A stretch of 64,000 bases of DNA, taken from the NCBI GenBank assembly GCA_030141605.1, contig JAQGDQ010000022.1, positions 1,178,001-1,242,000 of the forward strand, given 5' to 3'. This document shows positions 12,001 to 25,492 of this stretch, one piece after another; positions within the stretch are counted from its first letter, which is position 1; each line of letters opens with the position of its first letter. The stretch comes from Tubiluchus corallicola. Lineage: Eukaryota; Animalia; Priapulida. The position numbers were made by a program, and so were the translations under genes. The notes under the pieces are model-generated. The model was not told the origin of the DNA. It saw only the letters and a list, made by a program, of their open reading frames with translations, and did no database searches.

Positions 12001-15000
12001 CAGAAAGAACCTTCTCTCCCAGTAACTGAAGACCAGCTGCCTTGGAATGCCAAATATTACCCTGAAAAGGATCGCATCATTTAGACAAATTGTCACTACA
12101 TGCATAACTACTAACTGTAATATAAGAACCAGACAAGTGAGACACTGTTAGAATAATTGGACTGGTTCCAGAGCGGTTTACTCACCTCCGCAATCGCATA
12201 AGGCTGAGACTCCGCCCACTTCCACTGTCTCAAACGATGTTGATTGTCAATTGCACACAATTCTGAATACAAAGCTGCAATCTGCGTAAACCTAGGTACA
12301 TCACCATCCTACAGAAACAGATGTTCAGCATAACATACAGATCATTAAGTAAGCAAAACAATAAAAAAAAACATATAATAATCAGGAAATTTACATTACT
12401 ATACAAAACAAAATCTTCATGCAAATAAACAACAAAATAAATAAAACAATACTAAAGTTATTACATCAAACAGATTTGTATCACCTTTTCAGGCCAAAAT
12501 TCAAGTTCTTCTGCAAAGTAGATAGGATTTTTCTGATGGCCGGGTTCTTTTTTATTAGAAGAGGCTAGATTTTCCGGTTTATCTGAGCTCGATAGGCCGC
12601 TCACACTAGAGTCTCTAAGGGCGCTTTCTAACCACCTGCGATCTCGAAAACGGTACGAAGCATCCCGATCTCTGTCCGAGTCGCGATCTCTGTCTCCTGC
12701 AAGTGTCATTACATTTTAGCTTAACAGATGCATAATGACTACAATGAAGTGAATACAACTTTCATACTATTTTTAAACAATGTTGCAGCAATGTTAATAC
12801 CAACAGGAGACAATTTAAAGAAATTTCTTTATTGAAAATACAATACTACATTTTGCTATCTAATACATATATCAGAGTCACACATGAGCTCATTATAAAT
12901 ATGGAACAATGCCGTTACAATGGTTTCTGTAGAGTAAATGCATTAGATTAGATGGACTAGATTTGAAATTGAAAGTCAAGTAAACTGCAAAAAGGCAAAA
13001 AACAACAGTAAACAGAATTATATGAAAATGATCGACTAGTCAACTATAATGCAGTTTTCCTAAATAAGGCATAAAAGTTTTGTCAATTATTAACTTCTTT
13101 TTGGCTATCTTCTATGACTGTGACAGTTGTATAAAACTGCCACATTTCCACTAACACAACATTTATACAAGTCTGTACTTTTTCTGAAAAAGAATTAACA
13201 ATCTTTTCTGATGTCACACATTTAACTTTTCTGTTGTGCTTTTATTTTGATACAAATTAGTGAGATTATTAGCATAAACTTGTGTAAAATTTGATCAGGA
13301 TGCTTTCAAATCTGCCTAGTTTCTAGTTCATAGCTCCTGACAGAATGGTTCTGTTAAAGAATCATTTCAATTACCATTCTTCCTTTGTGATTTTTCAACA
13401 TTGTCACCATTGAATATTGCGGCATTTTGCAAACTTAGAATAAGTTACTTACCAGTTCTAGCACGAGTGCCACCAAGACTGCGCAGTGACGAATAACTAC
13501 CAAACATATCCTCATTGTAAGTCGAATCAGTATCTATAATTACACTAGGGTGATCTGCTCCAATTCCAGCATCTAGCAGCGATATCAGGTCCTCTGCAAT
13601 AAGAAAAAACAATAATTATAGCAAGTACTTTTACAAAAACACATCATTTTATCGGCAAGCAAATGCAAGGTAGCAACTGACTTTAACTCAAACAAAAGAA
13701 AAAAATAGTTTTGAGTGAGAAGTTATGTGTAAAAAAGGTTTAAGTCAGTTGACAGCCGTTACAGATCTACATGCTATGAAGCGGAATAAGTAAACAAATG
13801 TACTTGAAAAGTTAATTTTATAAAGAAAACTCTAAGTAAAAATGTTGACAAACCTGGCATATAGGCATCTTGCGAATCCTCACCATCTTCCCCTTCTTCG
13901 TCATCTCGACTAAGTAAGTTGTTTACAGCCAAATTTACATCCAGATTCTAAAATAACAATGCCGATTCTACATTACACACTTTTATATTACAAAGCGTTG
14001 CGAATTAAAATGGTAAAACAAATTGTGACTGAATGAAATTATACATAACGCAATTTCATCGAGATAAGATTTCCATTTACAAGCTTTGCACAAGTTTAAG
14101 ACGCAGAAACCTACGAGAAACGAGGAATATCTATAATTACCTTTGACAGACGATTTGATTAATGTGTGTCTATGAAGCCACCAAAGTTCTCATGCTGCTC
14201 GAAAATTTAGGAGCAAAAGCTGAAATTGTTTAAAACGCATATCCACGATTCAAAGTTCAATTAAAATGCATGACATGAATATGAATTACCGTTCTCTGCA
14301 ATTCCCTGATGATTAAGTTTCTTGACTTTCCTTGAAGCACAACCTGGGCCTGTAAAATTAAATGAGATCATCTACTTCTTGTACCAATGCTATAACAGCT
14401 GTTACAACAACTGTTAGAATGGAAACTAATAGATAGAATCTAAGAACAGTTAAAAGACAATACAATTGCCCCTGTTCAAATTCATACTAAGTGGTAAAAG
14501 TTTTTCACATTTCTTTAAATTTAGAAAAAAATAGGTATCAACTGTGTCATTATCTGAAATAATCACTTACTTGGTTGATAAGTTCTTCTGGAACCATGGG
14601 AGCAGGAATCATAGGTCGTGAGCCAACAATAACACCAGCACCACGGCCCCGAGCAGTCGTGGCACGGATAACTCGACCTCTGGTTCGCTGCACCGCTCTA
14701 GTAGTTCCTGCACCACCAGTTGAGCTTGTAGTGACAGCTGTCGTTCGATTTGCACCACCATTAAGATTTAGCCTTCTGTTAAAAGTAACGTCTCTTTGTC
14801 TTAAACTAATTGATAACTCATAACTTATTCTCAAATTATTGACATTTTTTCTATAACTTTAAAACACATAACTCTGTCAATACACAACATGTGTTTTTTT
14901 CATAATATAAGAATTAAAAAACTTGTGTTTTGATCCTCAGACCCATATTGTTAATGTTAAAGTTGAAATGGAAAAGTATGTAACACAGATTTTTAGGCAC

Positions 15001-17955
15001 TTTCTGCAATTTCGTGACTATGATGCAGAAGCAATAAAACTGCTCTGGCAAGTTGAACGAAAACAATATTACTTTTGAACTTAACAAACAAAACAAAAAA
15101 TACTTTTTTAACATAACAGTCATATAGTCACGATTTAAACAGTAGTAAAGCATCTGCACAATTAATATAAAAGTCATAAATTTTTGCCTTTAAATGTTTT
15201 TATCCAAACCAGATTTTAAGATAACAGCACATAGGTCCAATGAATTTTAATTTTTATAGGCAGTATGATCACAAAGCCTGCATACTCACCGCATGGGGTG
15301 ACCTATAATCTCTTCGAAAACTAGAATTTCTGGAGCTGCCGCAGTAGTGCCATCAGCATCGGGGCGTGTGGGCGGTGCTCCTCCACCCCCACCCTTCACT
15401 GATGCACCAGAACTGAGAACAAAAGCAAAGAATAAAATACTATTTGTTACGTGGCAGCTTCTTTATTACATAAATTGATCAGCAAATTAGGAACAGCAGA
15501 ACTGCTGCAGAAATTACACAAGTTTTAGAAGTGCAACAGTTTAGCCTTTAATAAATCTCAAATACCTTTTCATCAGATGGCAAAGCAGATTCCTGAACCT
15601 TAATAATTTTTTCTACGTCTACATTAGAAAATACTTTATAGGACCTACACAAAATGGTGCCAAGTATTTTATAGTAAAAGTATCTTATAGTTATTGCATA
15701 CAAAAATAAATAAAAATAAATTTTTAATCAAAATATATCAGTTTTAAAAGTAACAAGGTCAACAAACATTTGCTATCCTTCCTTTGGGTTCTCACAGTGA
15801 CAAAAGCAAGACAAACATGCCACCCAGTAAAATGTTTACCTGTGGTTAATCAAAAAAGGTGATTAAGAAAAGACTGAACAACTTCAGATAAAACTAATTA
15901 AACTAAAAAACCAGAGTTCTAACACAGTGTTAACTTCTTTAAATATCTCTTTGCCAAGTCTTCACAACTACGAGTTACTGTATTCAGCTGGATAGCAATT
16001 TAACTTATCGAGCTTTATTTGCCTCCACAATGGTTTTCACGAGTGCAGTTAAGAAATATATGTGTACACAAAAGCTGTAACAAATTAAATTATTTAAAAT
16101 GAGACTGTTAACTAATAAAGATGAAAGTTTTCATTGTACATGAGTACATGTGCGGTACATGAGTAGAGCAATTTGAACATGATAAACTGCTGATTAGCCC
16201 ACTAGAACCATCCACCAGTTTTACTAATTTGTTGAAAAAGCCATTTTTTGCAATTCTTTTAAAATACGCTCGTATCTCGGTTTGCTGAACATCACTTTTA
16301 CGTATATCAGAAGAATTGGACAAAATCTGGACAGTTAAAAAGTCTCGCACACTACGGACACTGTCCGTTATTTCGCAACTTGGCGGACGTCACTTTGTTT
16401 ACATCATTACATCAGTAATCAAACAGCGTGTAACGACACATGTGTGGCTTGCATGTCAGCGTGTTTAAGGCATCTAGGCCAGCATAATTATTAGCACATG
16501 ATAAACCTTGCTTACAAAGAAACTGTACTTAACATGATTGTTTCTACGTATATTATAGTGCACAAAGGCAAAGTAAGACGACATAAAAAATAGTAAAAGC
16601 ACATTGGTCAGACAAAAGTATCTTATTTGAACATGTGCAGAAAAAACATAGAGGTAAATATAAGGAAGTATTTGAGTCAACTGCCGACAGTTTCCCGTTT
16701 TTATATACTTTTGCATAGGAGCGGCCTATACTAGACACTTTTGAGACAATAGGCGATTAATTCTACATTACTGTAAGACTAATGCAAGGCACCTGCACTA
16801 TTAGCTTAGTATCAGTAAAAATGGACAATCGGCAAATTCGGACCGACGTCTCCCTGCTTTTGTCCAGCAAACCAAAATATGAGAGTGTATCTCACTTCTC
16901 ACAATGATAACTGACTCTACCAGTTCACATAATCAAGATAAATCAAGAAATTAAGCACATATCTAAGTTGTAGTATGCTTAAACATTTTCTAAACACAAG
17001 TTACACAACTAATCAGTAACAAAATAAAGCAGATGTTAAGAAAAATCTGTGAGTAACTCTATATGTATCTTTCTTTAAAATTTGTACAAAAATGTCTAAG
17101 ATCTTGCAAAACACAGTCGCTATACTTCCATGTTAAAAGCCCACATTAAAATGATACTACTAAAAGGATAAAACATCATGAGAAGGATATAGCCACTGTG
17201 CCAGTGGCAGTCATGTCTCACTCGCACCTTTGTTTCACAAAGTTTAGTTCAAAAATATACAAATTTAATAAGCACAAATTTCTTTGAAAAGTAAAATAAA
17301 CTGTTGCCTTTCATGTTTTAAATATTTCACTAGCTGCTGGTATTTGCAGGCAGGAGGAGTAGGGTGAGTATACAGGCTTAATAACAAGATTACAATGGAC
17401 ATTGGCAAAAATGGATGGAAGAAACATGCCCACTCCTGCCAAGTACATAACAAAATAACTCTACTCATCACAAAAAATAGGCAACTCTACATGGACACAT
17501 TTCATTAAAACAAAGCTGAAGAAAGTTGTGGCACTGCACATTTGTGATGAACAAAATTTAATTTAGTTTAATTTAATAGAAAAACAAAGCTTTTCAAAAT
17601 GAATATCTCACCCTTTAGCCAAATCGGTTTTGCTTAAGTCTAGCCTATCAGTAATGAGCGAATAAGCGACACGGCACAACCGACCATCCTGAAAAAATAA
17701 TCAGCTTTTATACGTATGGGATCTGAGTCATCCAACCAGACTATTAGATTAAAACTCCAAAGAATCGTGCACAGTAGTGTATTACATTTTTGCTGTTCTA
17801 TCTATCAGAAACAGTAACAGGATTTAATTAACTGATGAATTGCCTATACAGACTAATTAATAGGTTTACACTAAGGAATAAACTAACTATAAAAAAATTA
17901 TGTCAAAGGGAGAAAGTGAAGGAGAGAGAGAGAGGGAGAGGGAGAGGGAGAGGGA

Positions 17956-18000
<45 letters not shown>

Positions 18001-21000
18001 TAAATTTCAAGATGTAAGTACCTCAAGCAAGAGCGCTATATGAGCTGGTCCAATGACGCACTGCGAAACAGAAATACCCTGCAGTTTGCTAAAAACTGCT
18101 GGTGCAGTGTAACCGTGCTTGCTGATCTTTTCTGACACATCATGCAGCCTAAAAGAAATATGATACCAAACAATTAAAATTTCCTTGAGTTTAACGAAAA
18201 CCAATCATTAAATTACTTTAGTAATGCAAATTTATGCGACAGCTACAACAGTAACATAAAATGAAATAACCTAGAGAGGCACGCTTTTTGTATGTCTTAA
18301 ATACGAAATGTCTTAAATACATAATTAATTAATAAACACAACAATCTGTGTTATACAATTATTTATTATTCACTGAGCAGATAATCTTATCACCTACAGT
18401 TATTTTATTATATACATGACATTTATTATATACATGATACTTTTTATTATACATGACTGAGCACTCTACTAGAAATCAATTGTTCATTTCAGCATTGTCC
18501 TCATGCCATCCTCAGGAGAAAAATGTTTAAGCTCTAAATACAAAATTCTTCATTATTGTTAATTGCATTATTATAGTAATAGTAATAGTAGTACTAAATT
18601 TATTTAGCTTCATAAAATTAATACAGTAGCTAAGAAGTTAGTGTATGTTATACAGATAAATATGAACAGAGGTGATGAAGATCCGTACGGTCACCCAGTC
18701 AATCACCTCTAATTAGATGTTAGTAACATTAACATTGTGCTAGTGGCAATTAATCAAGGTCATAATTACATTAATTCATAAACGTACATTACCTACACGC
18801 ATACTTATTTATACATACACTGTAAATGAGATTAGACAATTGAATGATAATGATAAGAATGAGAAAATAATAGTCTTAGCAAAAATTTGTGGGGGTGATT
18901 AACGATATTAGGGAAATGACAATTAAGAATGAAATGCCAAAATCTTAAATCAAAGACTATAGGGACGGAGTTAATTTGAAGTACTTAAATAACTTTAAGG
19001 ATTTTTGAGTAAACTGAATAGGTAAAGAACAAATTTAACATAAAGAAAATGATGTTAAGTAATTGTAAGTTATTAACTATATTCATGACTGAAGTAATTC
19101 TTTTCTATATTTTAATATTAGTGTTGTAATGGATGTAGAGAGTTTTATACATGGCTTAGGGAGTTCCATAAAATAGTTACACGATGTTGTATTATGTGGA
19201 AACCTTGATTAGTATGGAATATTTGCTGACATGAATTACTGGGGCCCTAGTGCTGAAATTATGAACATCAGATATTTTCGTAAAATAGTTGCTATATAAA
19301 TAGGGAAATTATACATGAATATGGTCATTTCTAATTTATAGATATCCTTTAGTTTCAGATATATGAGGAGTAAAACATTACATTACATTTAGCATTTAAC
19401 ATTTAAACATTTTTCTGCTGAGAGTGGCATGGAGACAACGCTGAAACGTAGATCTGATTTCTACTTGAGTGCTCATGTACAATAACAGGATCATGTTTTC
19501 AGCTGATCTTGCAGCCATTTTGAAGCTATTATGAAGAAAAGTAATAGTTGAGACAAGATGAAACTTCTTACTTAAAGTTTTTAAATATAACTTTACATGA
19601 TATACTACAACTTTGACAATAACGTAAAAATAAAAAGAAGTGTAAAGAAAGAACAGCCGACATAAAGCTTGTCATTCATTTTCTAAAAAACTTTAAACCA
19701 CAATGCGCAGTGGTTTGAAAATTTTTACTGTCGATTTATTTATTATGCAGACATATTTAAAAAAATTGTAAAATATTCAAATCTACACCAATTGATCCAA
19801 AAATTATCAGGTTACAAGCTTGAACCATGCCCAACCGCTGTGCAAAGGTATCAACTTCCAGATTACTCCAAGACCAGAAAAATGGCAACAGATCGAACAG
19901 ACAGACAGACAGATGGAACCGGCAATTCTATAACTGCCCGCTTTGTTGGAGCAACTATAAAAACTTTTTTTAGTCTACATATAACTTATACTACAATCAT
20001 TTTATTTGTTTAAGGTGTCACTAATATCCTCACAGCATTAACACTTTTTTACTATTGCCAGTCCTTGTGATTAATGAAACTATCAAATATCACAATTAGT
20101 GAAGGGCGATTATTAGAATAAGCACATTAATCCCGATTACAACCATGTATTTAAGTCGATATAATCGGCGAGTGAACAGTAATTCGATTAAATGATATTG
20201 ATCCAGAGCAAAATATACGTGTTACACACTGATAAAAGGCAGTGTTTCAGCACAAATAAATGGAATCTTTAAATTATTTCCCGCCTTACACAATGTGTTG
20301 CAAACTTGGGTCTTCAAATTCATTGGCACATAACGCGTGTAGTGACATAATCATAGAGTAGTTAGTGATAATGATGTGTATGTTTGTAAAATAGTTTGTG
20401 AGTACAAAAATGACAGACAGCCACAAAAGCTGTGAAGAAATTATAGGCTATATTTCACTGCAATCATTGATAAATATGGTTAAAACTCTAAAAAATCACT
20501 GCAAAAGATTAATCGTGATATCAAATTACAAGAACAAGATTCTAATCGAATTACAAAATTTCAAAATCTCCCATCACTAATCAGAATTTTGAAGACAACA
20601 CAAATGGATATTAAATTATTATAACTTTATTTGAGCTGGTTCACAGATGATAACTGAATCAGACTTATTGAATGGTTCAGATGAATTGAATCAGAACTCT
20701 TTGAACATACGTGAATTTAACACTGAACAAACATGGTCATGATGGATAAACTCAGAGTTATAATGCTACAGAAGTTCATAAAATCATCATGAACTAGTAC
20801 AGTACTAAGTAACGTTTGCGCTTTTTCCACAATTAATATTGCTATTACTTATTACTAATATCCAAGTTTTTGCGCAAATTGAAATAATGTTTAACTTTAT
20901 ACGTTTAACTCCAAAAAAATACTATATATCAATGACTAAAGAAATTATAAAATTTCAAATTTTGTACAAGTTAAGCCTGCAATCCCCAATTATACTACGA

Positions 21001-21122
21001 TTTTCACAATAAATTATATCATTATATGACCTGTGATTTAATAAAGTGTTTCCAAACTACCTTTCGTTCAATTGCTCTTCTGATCCAGGAAGTGGGTGAA
21101 CAATAAAATGAAGATGTGACAT
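1..21122 (-). CDS. UBR5: E3 ubiquitin-protein ligase UBR5/EDD/hyperplastic discs, 5' part (~984 codons; gene continues beyond left edge)
   Basis: Exons (minus): 21061-21122, 18022-18148, 17612-17688, 15290-15412, 14571-14775, 14290-14349, 13854-13947, 13453-13593, 12485-12696, 12186-12308, 11954-12061, 11144-11301, 10334-10448, 10013-10158, 8749-8924, 5672-5814, 5073-5204, 2880-2991, 2236-2390, 1531-1722, 545-734, <1-103. All are GT-AG and phase-compatible. N-terminus [22 protein letters not shown] resembles human [22 protein letters not shown]. The UBA domain reads [44 protein letters not shown]. Other UBR5 motifs: [57 protein letters not shown]. Confidence 0.96.
6524..8418 (+). CDS. Predicted secreted leucine-rich repeat protein (signal peptide-LRRNT-LRRs-LRRCT), 249 aa, nested antisense in a UBR5 intron
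   Basis: join(6524..7124, 8270..8418) = 750 nt. Start context gtcATGg, hydrophobic N-terminus, N-cap [12 protein letters not shown]...VEC, LRRs such as [20 protein letters not shown] and [11 protein letters not shown]. Donor AAG|GTATTT at 7124/7125 and acceptor TTGCTTCAG| at 8269/8270 join in frame to give the C-cap motif [14 protein letters not shown]. Stop TAA 8416-8418; AATAAA at 8444-8449. Confidence 0.88.
7504..7950. mobile_element. TTAA-flanked non-autonomous DNA transposon (Kolobok/piggyBac-like MITE), copy 1
   Basis: Ends are TTAA-AGGAAAAC...GTCCTCCT-TTAA. Collinear with 27825-28347, sharing blocks ATCTT.AACTATAG, GTGAGCACAG, AAATTTGAATT and AAAATGTA.AC.TTTACCGTACTTCAAAATG. Confidence 0.75.
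8444..8449 (+). terminator. Polyadenylation signal of the nested LRR gene
   Basis: AATAAA 25 nt after the TAA stop. Confidence 0.55.
9055..9275 (-). mobile_element. 5S rRNA-derived SINE-like remnant, copy 1
   Basis: Minus strand CAGAAGTTAAGCAACATCAAGCCCGGTTAGTAAACCAATGTATGATTGCCGGGGATAAC aligns to the internal control region of animal 5S rRNA. It is followed by a non-5S body shared with 31444-31650. Confidence 0.65.
11628..11937. repeat. Local A-B-A-C-B duplication in a UBR5 intron
   Basis: A ~72-bp block at 11628-11699 is repeated almost perfectly at 11746-11817. A ~49-bp block at 11699-11747 is repeated with mismatches at 11888-11937. Confidence 0.9.
16265..16889. mobile_element. MITE with ~27-bp imperfect TIRs, containing the right end of the 48416-49314 family
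   Basis: Left end TACGCTCGTATCTCGGTTTGCTGAACA versus reverse complement of right end TACACTCTCATATTTTGGTTTGCTGGACA. Internal 16665-16775 matches 49200-49316. Confidence 0.55.
17922..17997. repeat. (GA)n/(GGGAGA)n purine microsatellite
   Basis: Directly visible; produces the spurious RE/RG ORF 17835-18017. Confidence 0.97.
18575..19340 (-). mobile_element. Probable decayed LINE 3' end in UBR5 intron 1
   Basis: Minus strand has RVTILWNSL, typical of LINE ORF2 C-termini, followed by a UTR-like stretch, AATAAA (~18599-18604) and a (TACTAT)n tail. Confidence 0.4.
19600..19962 (+). mobile_element. DINE/HINE-like (Helentron-associated) remnant
   Basis: Internal (GACA)n microsatellite near 19897-19913, followed by a short 3' palindromic stretch and an A-run; this is the layout of DINE-1/HINE elements. 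Confidence 0.4.
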
Positions 21123-21199
21123 TTTGGATAAATTACTGGGAAAACGAACTTATAGATTTTCTTTGATATAGTTTTCTCTGTGCCAATTAGTCAAGTTAA

Positions 21200-21245
21200 C
21201 TTCGCTAAGACGCCATTTTTATAACTTAGCGCACGCGCAAAACTG
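21200..21245 (-). promoter_or_regulatory. Putative UBR5 core promoter (YY1 motif, GCGC-rich NRF1-like motif)
   Basis: CGCCATTTT (AAAATGGCG on minus) at 21211-21219 and GCGCACGCGC at ~21229-21238, about 90-115 bp upstream of the ATG. Confidence 0.5.
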
Positions 21246-21249
21246 TGAC

Positions 21250-23055
21250 TCCTCCTAGAGATGACACTCGTTCACCTCCCACCAAAAGAATGCACTCTGG
21301 CAACATAGCTGCAGCAAATAAAGCCCACAGTACAGGCTTGTGTGAGTTCGTAATTAGCATGTTTTTTTCCTGTTTTATTCCCACTAAATTATGTAATTGT
21401 TCAAAATCACTCCCTGCTCAAAAACAATCAATCGAGTGTATCAAAATCCTTGGCAAAATCAAAATAAACAATATCAACAGAACTTCCTTGATCGAGGTGA
21501 CATCATCGAAAAACTTATCAATATGGTCAAGCAAGAACAGCCTTTAGTGGATCCATGTTGGGAGTCAAATAATAATTTATTATTTTCTAAATGATCAATG
21601 ATATAACTCTCCAAGATAGATTCCATGACTTTTCATGCTAATGAAGTTAATGAAATAGGCCGATAATTACCAGGATCACTACAAATGCCTTTCTTAAAAA
21701 TAGGTGTTACATTAGCTAACTTCCAACTATGAGGTACTTGATGAGTTAACAAACTTTGATTATACAATAAAGTGAATGGCTTTCACAAGGAGCCTGCAAG
21801 TTCAATTAATAGTTGAGAACCAAAATTATCAGAACCAGGTGCTTAACTGAGTTAGTTAACGAATATGATCAACAACCATTTCTTCAGATATCTGTAGTGA
21901 AGTAGGCATTTCATTATCTGATCCATAAAAATATTATGATGCTCTGGAATTTTATCAACATCTTCTTTAGTAAATATAGATATAAAAAATGTATTAAGAA
22001 TCTCTGCCACAGATTTTGGATCAAAAGTAAGACACCCATTACTATCCTTTAGAGGAGCTATAGCATCTTTAACTAACTTTTTGCTGTTTACATATTTGTA
22101 AAAAGACTTGATATCCTGTTTCATGTTATTTGCTAGGTTCATTTCAAACCTACCAACAGCATTGCCTACAAGAGACTAAACTTCAGATTCAGCTTTCTTA
22201 TATTTATTAAATGCTGGCAGATACAAGTATCCCGATACTTCCACAACTTGCTTTTGCTTTAACAACTCTTCTAGTTATCCATAGCTTCTTAAGTTCCAGT
22301 TTTCTTTTTTTAGGTTTAAATGCCACATTAACTAGAATACATTCATTTAAACATGCCTCAATATTATGACACCAATTGACTTTATTGAAAAAACTTTTCG
22401 TAGCACAAAGGTTTGCTCTTATCCAGTCAGGAACTAAAAACGAAGAACTATTATACTCCCTAGCAAAAGTAATTTAAAAACTAAGAAGAACATGATCACT
22501 ACTAGTAAACTTACCAACATTCAGAACGTTACTAATCATATTCTCATCTGTTGAGAATATCAAATCAAGTATGTTTTTATCTAATGTAACATTCAGAAAA
22601 TCAGTAGACGATTTAGAATAGGCTGTCAAATCATTCCCAATTAATATTAGGAAATCTCCAAATATAATATATTCCTTAGAATCAAGATTGCTTGAAATAT
22701 TAAAGAGCATAGAATCATTTATTTTATTAGAATTAGGAGATCGGTAAACTAACCCAATAACAATATTTCTTTTATTGCCTTGCTGAATTTCAATCCATAC
22801 AGAATTAGTAAAGTTCTCAGCTTCAATAGGAAAAATCTGCCGTGCTACAAGTTCAGTACTCACATGTAATACAATACCGCCATCCCTACCATCCAAAGTA
22901 TCATGACGATCTTGACAAAACGGTTTATGAAAACCTGATAAACAAAATTCAGATAAATCCATCTTTCCATTGAACCAAGTCTCAGTTACACATAAAATAA
23001 GTGGGTTATATACTTTTCTGTCAACAAGAGGAACCAACTCATGATCTGGTCTCAA
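21250..23055 (-). mobile_element. Degenerate CR1/L2-type LINE ORF2 fragment (AP endonuclease + N-terminal RT)
   Basis: Endonuclease motifs LCVTETWF, GLVYRSPNS, IFGDF, ILDLIFS, SDH (22474-23055). KSFYKYVNSKK...AEILNTFFISIFT (21852-22142). RT motifs ANVTPIFKKG..DPGNYRPISLTS, SQHG, DIVYFDFAKDFD (~21430-21720). Several stops and frameshifts. Confidence 0.9.
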
Positions 23056-24442
23056 TTATTGTAGGTATTGTGATTTGTGAACAATTAATCTTTGTAATCC
23101 TTATATATATATATATATATATATATACAAGCAAAAATGTTCATCATAAGTAATATCAAAAATGTAGGAAAATGTCATTTTTAGACTTGCACAACTTGAT
23201 TGAAAGTTGTGTTTATACTGTTGATTGTGACCGCGTGGGTATCAAATTCGGCTCCCCTTTTTGGAATAATGCTGTTGTAGTGCTTACTAGTGGAACAGTT
23301 CAGTCTCGGTCTTCAGTGAAATGACTCAAGGAATAATGATGGTGGTAACAGTGAGGCAGTCACCCACTTCAATCCATGCTTTGGGTCTCTAGAAATGTAC
23401 CGAATACCCATTTGATAATGAATAATTTACAGCAATGTGAATAAAACTAAATCAGTTATATAAATTATATTATTGCCTATTGGTATGCTTACTGCGCATA
23501 AGTCATGTTTTAGTGCTGTGTAGCAGTGCTTATTAAGGTCTTCTATTTTGCACTATCATCGACTTATATATTCACATATTCGGCTCTAACTAAACTGGTG
23601 TAGTTAAAGAGCAGAGCAAGTCTACTGAAAAGAGGAATTTTCAACTTTAATTAAGATTACACTTCGTTTTGCTCCAGCCCACAATTAAGTAGCAGGTATT
23701 CTAAATGATTACTTTTATGTTAATAAATTTATAATAATTTTAAATAAGAAAATGCAAAATATGTTTGAAAAAAATTTTAACACAAGCTAGTCACGGATGT
23801 TTACAAACAAATAAAGTTCGTATAGCTCACGCCTTCAGTGATTTCCAATAAGCTTTAGTATACGAGCACAAATTTGTGTAGCACCGCTGCCACTGGGAAC
23901 AGCCATATTACTACCAGGCGATCTCAGTAAAAGTATCGGTAATCGCGATTACTTGAAATCGACAGTATCGCCCATCATTAGTGACGACCGTTATCGTCGT
24001 CATCGTTCATTGAATCATTATTATGACATGATTATGTTCACCTTTTTTATGCCTACTTTCTGCAATAAACCAAGTACTCCTACCTCTAAGGATCAGTGCT
24101 GAAGTGTTTGAATCTTTCTGCTCAAAATCTAAATACGTTAACATCTGTCCTCTTCTGGTTTTCTGGCTGGTTCTCCTAATTTGATAATAACTATCTTCAC
24201 TGGATTATCATCAGTGGTCATTATCAGGTAGGCTAAGGATATGTTAAGACAAAATATAATGAAGATAACGGCATTATATCAGCATGTTCAAAACTCACAA
24301 AAGTTTTTTAAAACAGGGATATTTCTTTGCAAATAAATGTTAGAAAATCTCAACTTTATTTGAAACTGTATTTCTGTTTCAAGCAGATAATATTATAGTT
24401 CAGTATAATAGAACTTTATGTAATGTAATGCAATGCAATATA

Positions 24443-24586
24443 ATATGATATGATATGATATGATATGATATGATATGATATGATATGATATGATATGATA
24501 TGATATGATATGATATGATATGATATGATATGATATGATATGATATAATATAATATGTTATGACATGACATGACATGACATGACAT
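24443..24586. repeat. Compound pentanucleotide microsatellite (ATATG)n then (ACATG)n
   Basis: Directly visible. Confidence 0.97.
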
Positions 24587-25492
24587 AACGTAAAATATCA
24601 TAATATAATATAATGTAATATAACATAATAATAAGAATATTTCTCCATATAATTTTATATGTAGATAATATTAAACACAAAATAAGTAATATCATAATAG
24701 GCATTATGTATAAGCTCAGCAAAATCACTAGCCTACAAACGCTCATAAAATTTTTTTTACAGTCTAGCCTATCTATACTTACTTTATGGTATTATATCGT
24801 GGGGTGGAATTTACAGTTCTAACTCAGCTCAGCTCCAAAGAATTTAAAATAAAATTCTTAAAGTAATCCATTCATTTCCTTACGATCATGAAACTAACGT
24901 AATATATATACAGGCTTACACTTTTAAGATTAAAGAAATAATATTGTATGACTTGTACTCGCTTAAAATGCTTATTTACAAAATTTATTATAAATTAAAT
25001 GAAATTATTACTTACAGCATTTTCTGAAAATTTTACTCTAGTTCTCCATACTCATGATCATTATATCAGAACTGCGTCTATTAATAATTATGATAAGTCA
25101 CAGCACTCGACTAATATTTTTGAGCAAACAATTAAAAATAATGTGGTAATATTTTGGTTGAATGTTGCGGAAGAATTTAAATTTAATTTAAGTAAGTTAA
25201 AAAACTAGTTGACAATGTTTCTGATGTGGTCAGAAACTGAAGATTTTGCAACAATGGTTATAAAATTGGGTCTTAAAAATGAAGAGACGACTGCCTTTTT
25301 TGAAAGCGCTTATTTTTTTATTGAGTTGCTTGAATACAAGGAAAGTGTATTTCACAGTGAAACCTCAGCATTTAATTGTTCAGCCCATCACCAACGGGTC
25401 AAATGTCAACAATTTTGGCATGATAACTTATATCATTCAGTTTGTCTCATCGAGGCCTTTCATTTCATGTGCTACAAGGTACCATTGTTCAA

